Below, piece by piece: positions 53,947-64,000 of a stretch of 64,000 bases of DNA. The DNA comes from Eledone cirrhosa. Its lineage: Eukaryota. Position numbers and translations under genes: made by a program. How positions within the stretch are numbered: the first letter of the stretch is position 1; every line of letters starts with the position of its first letter. The notes beneath the pieces were generated by a model. That model was given only the letters and a program-made list of their open reading frames with translations, was not told the origin of the DNA and made no database searches. The stretch spans positions 92,132,001-92,196,000 of the forward strand of contig OZ024742.1 of assembly GCA_964016885.1 (NCBI GenBank), given 5' to 3'.

Positions 53947-55554
53947 TGTTTCTTTATTTGCCACAGGGGCACAAAAGACGGGGACAAATACAAAGGTGGG
54001 GGGGAGTTTACATACAATAAAAACGTGTAAAATATTATCACAAATGCAATTTAAAAAGTTAGTCGATTTTCCGCAATAGGGGGAGACAGTATATATGGGT
54101 AACACATACCCCCGAAAAAATGTGCAACCCTCATCTCCAGGAGTACGAAGAGTTTGTACTCCTTTCCTCTCCTCCTCCTTTTCCTCAACCTACAGGCTGA
54201 TATAGAGAGAAAGCCCATTCACTCGGGCCATTCTCGCCACTTTCACCCACCTTTCATAAAACTTGCTGGGGTACAGCACCTCTCTCTCCATCCTGATTCT
54301 TCTTCCAAAGTGGTATTTGAAAAAAAGAATCAGTTGTTGGCCGGAGAGAAAGGTGTCTGACCTCAGCCCTTTCAACCTTGTCCACCATACAACCTCTTTC
54401 GCCATAGCTATCACACAAAGGAAAACCGCCTCTCCTTCGTTTTTGAAGGAGGGTGGTGGTTTGATCATGACAATGGACTCGGTGGTCAACTGGATTGGTC
54501 CCACCCGCGACAATAGTCGTTCTACATAGCCCCACAGGTCAGTGACGCCCGGGCACTGTATGAATGCGTGCGCGACAGTTTCTTCGTCTCGCACGCACCT
54601 CGGACAGATCTTTTTTGCAGGGTCCCTGCCCGGGCGCCCATGTCTGTAGAGCTTGTCTCGAACTGGTAGAGCTCCTCGGTAGCACTGCCAGGCCAGGGAC
54701 TTTTGGAAGTTGTCCATCGGTCCCGGGCGGAAGGTCCTACCGACAATTGGACTGGTTTTCGGGTAGAATTGGAAACTGTCCTAAAAACTTTCGTTTTGAG
54801 AGCAGTTTCCTTGCGAATTTCTACCGGAGAATTGATGCTGAAAGCACCATTTTTTCGAAAGTGACATATCTCCTAGCGTCCTTTAAAAGTTGTTCAGCAT
54901 TTGTTATGTCGAGATATATCAGTTCCTCCTTTTTTTTAACTGTCTCTGCAAAGGAGATTTTTGGTTTCTTTGTGGAATTATCCGTGTTGGTGGTGTTGTC
55001 ATTATTGTTGTTATTCTTGTTGTTATTCTTGTTGTCACCGATGTTGATATTATTCGTATTTTCCTTGGTGTTGTTGTTGTCTTTGATGCTGGTGTTATTG
55101 GTGTTGTCTTTATTTTTTTCTTTGTTGTTGTAATCATTGTTGTTTTTATCATCATTATTGGTGTTGCTGTTATTTTTGTTGTCATTGAACTGTTTGGTGT
55201 CATTTGTGTTGTTTGGATATGAATTTTTTTTTGCATTTTCATTTCGTCTTTCCATCTCTATAGTGTCTAGTGAAGAAGACGATGTTGACTGCGAGCTTTG
55301 TAGTCTTACCGCCTCTCCACCACCATTATCGTTGGACGCAGCGTTCATAGCGTAATCAAACTTTTCCAAGATTCGATGGAGAAAAAATTTTTCAAACGGA
55401 TACTTCGCCCCTGAAGGGGCGAAAATGAGTTGACCCACCACCTGAAGGTCCAGACGGGTGGTCAAGTTACACAATAATATAAAATTTAACTGAAAACTCA
55501 CGTTTTTTTCTTACATAAATTAACGGAAACTTCTCCGCGAAGTTACACACGTCT
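53947..55554 (-). mobile_element. Internally deleted Tx1-type LINE (5' UTR + ORF1 start fused to ORF2 C-terminus + 3' UTR)
   Basis: 54190-54717 is highly similar to the ORF2 C-terminus of the neighbour. 54821-55501 resembles its 5' end (KISFAETVKK vs KISFAQKTKK). The junction is near 54744, and (GATA)n lies on both sides. Confidence 0.88.
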
Positions 55555-55565
55555 GATAGAGAGAG

Positions 55566-55665
<100 letters not shown>

Positions 55666-55915
55666 GTGTTGATACATACAAACATATGTCGATATCTGTT
55701 TTCGTGTAAAATAAGCAACGAAATTTAGCAAAAAAACTTTCGCAAAGAAATTCTTTCAAGCAAAAAATAGGAAACACGCAGAAATGAATGTTGGTTTTGA
55801 CAGCTAAAATAATGTTATCTTAATCGATTTATAGACCATACATTTACACATTTACAATGGGCCTGTGTGTATGTATGTGTGTGTGTATGCATGTATGCAT
55901 TTATGCATTTATGTA

Positions 55916-55961
<46 letters not shown>

Positions 55962-56849
55962 GTTTCTACAGAAGTTGGTATGTGCGTGCGTATGTAAACG
56001 TATGTAGGTATGCATGTATGTATGTATGTTTATGTATGCATACATGTATTATGCATTTATGTACGTATAATGTGTATATACTTAAGTTGGTATGTATGTG
56101 CTTATGCAAACGTAAGTATGTATGTATGTTTATGTGTGTATAAGTGTCCTGGTCTATGCTTATGTATGCATATATGTGTATATATGTGTGCAAGTGTATG
56201 AATGTTTGTGTTTAGAAGACGCCATCTTTGTTATATGAGATTGTTGGATAAGGATGCTAACAGTGAAAAGACTGTTATATTGAACAGAATTGAACACGAA
56301 TGTTATATCACAATGCTCAGAGGCTTAATACCCAGGGCTGTGTTGTGAAAATATCGAAAGTAGTGGCGAGGGTCGTGTGGTGTCATGGCCTGTCACATGA
56401 TTTAGTGTGGACTATTGTGGGCTGTATAGTGGAAAATGTAGGCTTTGTAAGTTTCTTGGTGTTGTCAGAGCAAGAAATGTCAAAACATTAGTTCGTCATC
56501 TTGTCAAACAGTAAGTTGAAATTATCTTATTTGGAGCGCATAAGAAGACTCTTGCTCTAATATTACTCTGCTTCTGAACTTGTGTTCAATCACAAGTATG
56601 CATATATCACCACCAGGGAACTGGGGAAACTATATGTAGTCAGTTAACCTCCTAGAAATAGTTGCCAAACCTTCTTCAAGCTACCATCTTGCCTTAGAGA
56701 AAGATGACATGATCACTGAAATAGTTTTGAGCATAGGTCTGCACAGCCAGGGTTGATCCGGGGCTAATAAAACTCACCAAAAATAACTGCTACTAGTACT
56801 GTTACTGATGTTGGAAAATTATCTACTATGTTAATGCTATGTTTGTACT

Positions 56850-58085
56850 AATAATTGTTTCTACTTTTGGCCAGCAATTATCCCACTGCATTACTGGTAC
56901 TTTATTTTATCGACCCCGTAAGGATGAAAGGTAAAGTTAACCTCGGCGGGATATGAACACAGACCATAAAGGGCCGTAACTTTATGCTGCGAAGCATGGT
57001 GTCCGATGCGCTACCGATGCTGCCAATCCACCACCCTTGTACTAACAATGGTTCTAATTTAGTTACATGGCTTGCAATTTGAGGGGAGGTGAAAGAAGAT
57101 TAGGACGACCACTGTACGTTACTAGTACCTTATGTTATCGACCCAACCAGGTAAAAAAGTGACCACGACGGGATTTCAACTCAAAGGGCAAAGGACTGTA
57201 ACTACATGTTGCAAAGAATGTTTGCCCGACGCTCTAATTATTGTGCCAGTCGACCACTATCATACTTTAATAATTGTTTCTACTTTAGGCACAAGGCCAG
57301 TAATTACCCAGTGCATTACTGGTACTTTATTTTATCGACCCCGTAAGGATGAAAGGCAAAGTCAACCTCGGCTGGATTTGAACTCAGATCGTAAAGGGAC
57401 GTAACTATGCTGGAAAGCATGACGTCCGACCCTCTACCGATACTGCCAATCCACCGCCCTATCATACTTTAATAATAAACTATTGCGAGTTCGAGACGCT
57501 CTGATGTTGATATGCTATTCATTCGCCTATTCGCGTCACTGAATAACTGCGCTCCACCTAGTTAATATAGAGAAGATTACAAAGGAGTGCTTTACGATAT
57601 CTATCTCCAGGTTTGCACAAAGAAAAGAACTCAGCCTTGCAAACTAACAAACAATGTATCAAATTTACAATGGCACCGCTTTAACACTAGCATACTGTGG
57701 TTTACTTACAGCTAGATGTATGGCAGCATTTCAGTGAAATGTTGTTCTGCTGGAGGTGGAGGCGTTGTTATTGGTGGTGGTAAGAGTGATAAATGTTACC
57801 AGGAAACGATGATATTTAAAAAAATATTTCTTCAATATGATATGATGGAATACCATCATATTGCAGGGATATTTTAATGTAACAATAAGTATGGTTTCTG
57901 ATTTAGGCACAAAGCCAACACTTTTGCTGGAAGGAGAAAGTCGATTAAATCAAGCATAGTGCGTTACTGTTACTTTATTTTAGTGACCTCGTAAGGTTGA
58001 AAGGCAAAGCTAACCTCAGTGGGATTTGAACTCAAAATGTAAAGAAGCTAAGTATTTGTCCAATGCTCTAACGACCCTGTCAGCA
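56850..58085 (-). mobile_element. Cluster of major-family SINEs
   Basis: Copies at ~56850-57037, 57050-57255, 57270-57459 (TSD ctatcatactttaataat) and 57890-58085. Confidence 0.85.
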
Positions 58086-58134
58086 TAATTATGTTATAGA
58101 ATACAAAAGTTGTTAAAGAATGACAAAGCAATTA

Positions 58135-58385
58135 TATTCTAGGATATGCAAATACACACATAGGAGATAAAAGCCAACCGACCAGATATTATAGTCAAAG
58201 ATCATAAAGAAAAGAAATGCTCACTAATTGAGGCATCAATCCCTACAGATGACAATATATCTCTCAGGGAAATTGAAAAATTATCCAAATATAAAAATCT
58301 GGAAATGGAAATAACCCGAATGTGTATGAGGAAAATAGAAACAAGCCCTCTAATATTAGTTGCTCTGGGAATGATAAAACAAAAC
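58135..58385 (+). pseudogene. RLE endonuclease remnant of a second R4/Dong-like family
   Basis: Hand translation: IKANRPDIIVKDHKEKKCSLIEASIPTDDNISLREIEKLSKYKNLEMEITRM. Confidence 0.8.
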
Positions 58386-59323
58386 AAACAGACAGAAACA
58401 TAACCCAACCACTAATTGTCGCAGGAATGCTACCACTTAAAATAAAATTTCGCCGGAGATAGATTAGCAAAATTTAATAGGCGGCGGGGTAAGGGTTGAA
58501 TAGGGGGGAGCTGAAAAAAGTTACAAACGGGGGTATTATTCTAGACACGAAACTACATATGTAAAATTTCCAAGGAGTCAAAAACAGAAATCCATTTCGT
58601 TCCGTTAAACAAACCAAAATGAAGATGTGGGAAATATATCCACTGCATATTACCAGGGAAATGTTCAGTATAATGGTTTCTCTGAAATTATCAGTTTATC
58701 AGTTCGAAAAGAGAAATGAAAATATGAATGATGCTTACAGTTTGATAAAAACAACAAATAAACATTTTTCCATTTTCTTCATTTGCTTTCGTATTTTCGT
58801 ACACACCCACCCGTAAATAACTGGCATTGTGTCTAGAAGCAAAAAAATATTATTCGTGCGGACTAAATAGGCCATACTTGTGAAATACAGTAAAGCTTCC
58901 AGAAAAGTAATAAAATAATTTCCCCACTATACTACGATTAACTTATAAAATATATTTACATGCACAAATATTTTGTGTTAAATGAAATGAATTAAATAGT
59001 TTTACGCTCGAACACGCCTCAATATTATATACACAGACGTTCATTTATTTGAATGTTTACATGGAAATAAATATAACAGTATGTAGGTATGTGTACGGGT
59101 TTGTAAATAAGGCGATTTATAAATATAAATATATATACATTCTGGAATGAGAAACTTCAAGGTACAACTAATGTATGTGAAGCTGATATCTAGAACATTT
59201 TGATTTTGTTATCAGTAACGGCGATAAAGTACCAGTAATGAACTGGGTATGTGTTGGCCTTGTGCCTAAAGTAGAAACAATTATATATATATATATATAT
59301 AAATATATATATATTGTAATCTC

Positions 59324-59374
<51 letters not shown>

Positions 59375-59505
59375 AATCTCTTTCACATGCATTCCACTCT
59401 GTGCCTCTTTAATTATTATACAATTCTCTTGTAATCTCGGTCACATCCATTCCACTCTGTAAATACGAAACTGTTGATGACAACATTAATATCCATGTGT
59501 CTATA

Positions 59506-59559
<54 letters not shown>

Positions 59560-59739
59560 CTGTGTGAAACTGTGTGTATTTATGTGTGTCTGTGTGTGAG
59601 TATATATATATATTTTTTTTTTTTTTTTTTCATAGTATAATTTATAAGAAGCATTGTCAAATATGTGGTTAGAATTGTTTTGTGAAAACCAATGCATTGA
59701 AAACTAGAGTAAACTAAGGCAGAGTAGACAAGACAAAAA

Positions 59740-60090
59740 TTTGTAATGAGCGAAAACATACGATCGGGAATACAAAGCAGCCAAAATGGGGTCTTTGGAG
59801 TAACGTTACTCGATAGAGTGCATAGCTCGGAGATCAGTGTGTCACTGTACGTCGAGCTGCTACTTCTCCGAATTGAGAGATCACAGCTCCGATACTATGT
59901 GCATGTGGTTAGAATGTCTCAGATTTTACGGGCAAAACCAAGTGGCAGGAGACCCAGGTTATACCCCAAACAAATGGTTGGATAACATCCATTAGCTTGG
60001 CTGGTTTCGCTTGGGGATCTAGCCGCATCAGTCGGAAATGGCTTCTTCTGAAAGAGTGTTTGAGAATTCTGTCTCTCAAGAATAAGTAGA
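59740..60090 (+). pseudogene. RTE/Expander-like LINE C-terminal remnant
   Basis: GVTLLDRVHSSEI..L.VELLLLRIERSQLRYYVHVVRM and G.RPR, the typical RTE C-terminal pattern. Confidence 0.75.
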
Positions 60091-60411
60091 CAAAGAAGAT
60101 GAATATATATATATATACACACAAATTACACAAGCATATAATTACCCCCACAGCATCACACTCTATGATCAGCTCATTCCTCTACTTAACTCCTATTTAT
60201 CTCAAACCTTATACTCTACAATAACTATTAGGAATAAACATAAGGTTACCACCATTTAATATAACTACTATAGCTTACTGATATTATATTCAGTAATGGA
60301 TAGATAATAATACAATGAGACCGTTAATGTATTATAGGAAAATAAATTATATTTATAATTAAATATATAAATTAATAGCATTATATATAAGTGACTCACT
60401 TATAACATAAT

Positions 60412-60907
60412 ATAATTGTTTCTACTTTTTTGGCACAAGGCCAGCAAATACCCAGTGCATTACTGGTATTTTATTTTATCGACCCCGTAAGGATGAAAGG
60501 CAAAGTCAACCTCAGCGGGATTTGAACTCAGATCGTTAAGGTACGTAACTATGCTGGAAAGCATGGCATCCGACCCTCTTCCGATACTGCCAATCCACCG
60601 CTATATCACTTATAACATAATATAATGTATATTAATAACACAAGAGATTTAACTAATTGGACCTGTAAACAACTATACATTTTTTCTATAGCTTACTTAT
60701 ATTTTATTCATAATGGATAGATAACAATATAATGAGACCTTTAATGTATTTTAGGAAAATAGATTATATTTAAAATTAAATATAAATAAATAGCATTATA
60801 TCCCGCCGAGGTTGACTTTGCCTTTCATCCTTACGGGGTCGATGAAATAAAGTACCAGTAACGCACTGAGTAATTGCTGGCCTTGTGCCTAAAGTAGAAA
60901 CAATTAT
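60412..60907. mobile_element. Two major-family SINEs (60412-60602 minus, 60801-60907 plus) in adjacent tandem units
   Basis: Consensus matches; the first has TSD tcacttataacataatataat. Confidence 0.85.
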
Positions 60908-61662
60908 ATAAAAGAGATTCACTTGTAACACAATATAATGTATATTAGCACAAGGAATTTAACTCATTGCAGCTGTAAACAACTATACATTTTTTCTATT
61001 TTTTCTATCACATACAAATTAATCGCTAATTACCTCCCCTTTCACATTAGCTCCCCTTAATATAGATCTCAAACTCACTTCCGGAAATTAAACCGTTAGA
61101 AGAATCACTCCAGAACAACTCGAACCCGGGATAACAGTATAATAGGACCAATATACAATCCATAACTGTATCTTATTATAAACATTCACTAAAATAAAAT
61201 ATAACCAATGTAATGGAAAAGATAACAATAATAATAATACTCTCAACACATGCCCATTTGAACATTACTGAAACAATTATCATACTACATCCACCATAAA
61301 CTCATAATTCTAATACACAAACACCTTTGCCTGCTTGATATGCTTGTAAACCTATGTTATTTTATGTGATACCTTTGCCATACAGCCTAGAACCATTGCT
61401 TGTTTACTACCTAACTGTCCTGTATATGCCTAAAGCATTTACACTCTCTATACTGCTTTAATTATTATACTATTCTCTTGTAATCCCCTTTCACATGCAT
61501 TCCACTCTGTGCCTTTTTAATTATTATACAATTCTCTTGTAATCTCAGTCACATCCATTCCACTCTGTAAATACGTAACTGTTGATGACAACATTAATAT
61601 CCATGTGTCTATATGATTGTTCAGTTGAATAGGAAGTTAATTATATGTCCAAACTTTGCTAG

Positions 61663-61709
61663 TGCTCCAAGGAATCCAAACGAGAGTTTGGAAGAAACGA
61701 TTGTCAGCA
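61663..61709 (+). ncRNA. Degenerate hammerhead related to 14360-14408
   Basis: tgct CCAAGGA atccaaacgagagtttggaa GAAA CGATTG TC agca. G5 is mutated, so it is probably inactive. Confidence 0.5.
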
Positions 61710-61885
61710 ATAAAATGATTATTGTGTAATTTAAAATTTGTGTAATTTAAAATTTATATTCCTGCTCTGTAAAACATCTGATGTATTTACATTGAGTTAT
61801 TTTTCATACTGGTAATAAGGTAGTAATAAATTACTGACCTTTCCTGTTTATAGTTGTATATAGGGTATATATAACTATAAATAAT

Positions 61886-62005
<120 letters not shown>

Positions 62006-62045
62006 TGTATATCATGTATGTATATAAATACACACACACACACAC

Positions 62046-62100
<55 letters not shown>

Positions 62101-62794
62101 TATTGAAGTTTGCTTCAAGCATTGTGGAATAATAAGGTAAATTTCTTTAAGTCGTTTGGAAGCCTCGACAATGCAGATGGGTAAATCTCCGGGTAACAAG
62201 ATCCGGTGGTGGAGAGAGATATGTAAGTGGGTGTACGTTGAGATGCGTGGCATGTATAAGACTGTAACGTGTAGAGGAATGAAGGAATGAGCGTAATAGA
62301 TAAAAATAAAAATAACAACACGAGAAAGAGTTACCTTGGAAGAGATTTAATTGTCCCTATATATTTCGGATTCACATCCATCAACTGGGTTTTTTTCGGG
62401 GGGGGGGGGGTCTGTCGGAAAGGTGCGAAACGTGTCCTCCGCTGTTCGTTATTTTGAATATCTGAGGTATTCAGCAGAGCGCGCGTGCGCGTGAAATGGG
62501 GTCGGTCAGGCAGAGGTCAGCGGCCGAAGTAGTTCTTTCAATTGTGGGAGTGGGGTGGTGCTAGCTGTCAGTCCATTCTCTGCCTGTTTGGTGAATGTTA
62601 CTGTGTGTGTGTGTGTGTGTGCGTTGTTGTCTCGCTTGAGTGTGTGTGTGTGTGTGTGTGTGCGTGTGTTGTTGCCTTGTTCTTCTGTATTGACAGTGTA
62701 GTATGCTCGTATGGTGGAATGCTACTGTGTGTGTGCGTGTGTTGCTGTCTCGCTTGTGTGTGTGCGTGCGTGTGTTGCTGCATAGTTTGTTAAC

Positions 62795-64000
62795 TTAAAC
62801 CAACCACCTCATTTCGCTTCTCTCGGATCGGTTGTTTAATTGTGGCCCTAGGCGTTTGATCCAAAGTGCTTCCTTGATACGTAACGTGCCGACGTTTCTT
62901 TCTGTTGCTAGAATTGTGACAATGGGCCTTCCGTCTTTGTTTCCGCATTTGGCTATGTGTTTCCGGAAAGACGAGGCCCTGGTTTTAGTGTGTTCCTTGA
63001 TCCGGATGTGCAACGGCCGGATTGTGCTACCTATATAGTATTGGTTGCACTTGTTACATTCTATCTTATACACGACGTATGTGCGTAGGCAACAGTTCGC
63101 ATGGCACATCGGGCAGTCTCTGAGGGAGCACGTGTCAGTTGATTTCCCGGGTTTCCTGGAGAGGCATCTTCGCAGGGAGGGGCCCGAGTGGGCCAGGTGG
63201 ATGTCGAGGCCCTCCCTCCGTATAGCCTTGCGGATAGCGTTGGTGGTATTCTCGCCCAGGTGTGGCATTTTAAGGAAGCACTTGCTCTGTCTCTTGTGTC
63301 TGGTGTCTGGTGTCTCCTATTTTGTCTGTGAGCGAGGTAGGGTACCCGTTCGTCTCCAACACCTCGAGGAATCGCTTGGTATGAGTGACACCACTCGCGG
63401 GATCGCTGCATCTGTTTTTGATTCGCGCGATCTCGTTCGTGATGTATCCTCTTTTGGCACTGTTAGGGAGGGCGACTTGTAGTGGACGAACAGGTCCCTG
63501 CAGGCTGCCTTTCGGTAGAAGTTGCAGTGGATCCCTCCCTGTTCCGTGATGTTGATTCGGAAGACGGGGAGGGCAAGTGACTCGTCGTCGTTGGGGTGTT
63601 CAACACTGAAGTCAATGTTCTCGTCCGTGTTGTTGAATGTCTCATAGATTCTGTTCGCCATGTCTTGGGAAGATGTGAGGATGAGGATATCGTCCACGTA
63701 TCTTGAGAAAAAGGCGACGGCGTTGGGGTGGCAGGCGTTGAGTACCTTGCGCTCGAAGCTGTCCATGTAAGAGATCGCTAGCACACTCGACAGGTTTGAT
63801 CCCATGGGCAGTCCCGAGGTTTGTTGGTATGTTTGGTCAAGGAATCCGAAGTAGGTGTTGTCGACGACAATGGCTAGGAGTTGGTGGATGTCAGTGGTCG
63901 TGAGCCCGAAGCAGTGTAGGTCGGTGGATTTGACGCGTTCCATCAGTATATTGACGGCCGGGAGTGCCGGGACCGAAGTGTAGAGAGCGACTACATCAAG
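62795..64000 (-). pseudogene. Penelope-like element RT + GIY-YIG endonuclease (two frameshifts; continues beyond window)
   Basis: QTSGLPMGSNLS, FSRYVDDI, FYRK, thumb L..NGYP, Cys-rich linker CSLRDCPMC..NC, and VVYKIECNKCNQYYIGST.R.L..RIKEH. Confidence 0.92.

Overview
AT-rich, microsatellite-dense eukaryotic (animal) genomic DNA with no recognisable host protein-coding gene. The repeat content (very abundant tRNA-derived SINEs and long (TA)n/(CA)n/(GATA)n tracts) suggests an octopus or other coleoid genome; this is an inference and is not verified. All real ORFs are transposon-derived: a 5'-truncated R4/Dong-type RLE LINE sitting in a (CATA)n array (16.7-19.1 kb), a near full-length Tx1/L1-type LINE plus an internally deleted relative, both set in (GATA)n arrays (48.0-55.6 kb), a Penelope-like RT/GIY-YIG element at the right edge, and decayed maT, mariner, RTE and RLE remnants. 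The most striking unannotated signal is a set of at least five unrelated non-coding repeat families, mostly inserted in (TA)n, that carry type I hammerhead ribozyme folds with palindromic stem III. These include a 593-bp tandem retrozyme-like array and a ~300-bp family that both use the compensatory U3-A8 core (UUGAUAA). Several of these insertions are fold-backs that turn around next to the ribozyme GAAA. All folds were derived by hand and none has been tested.
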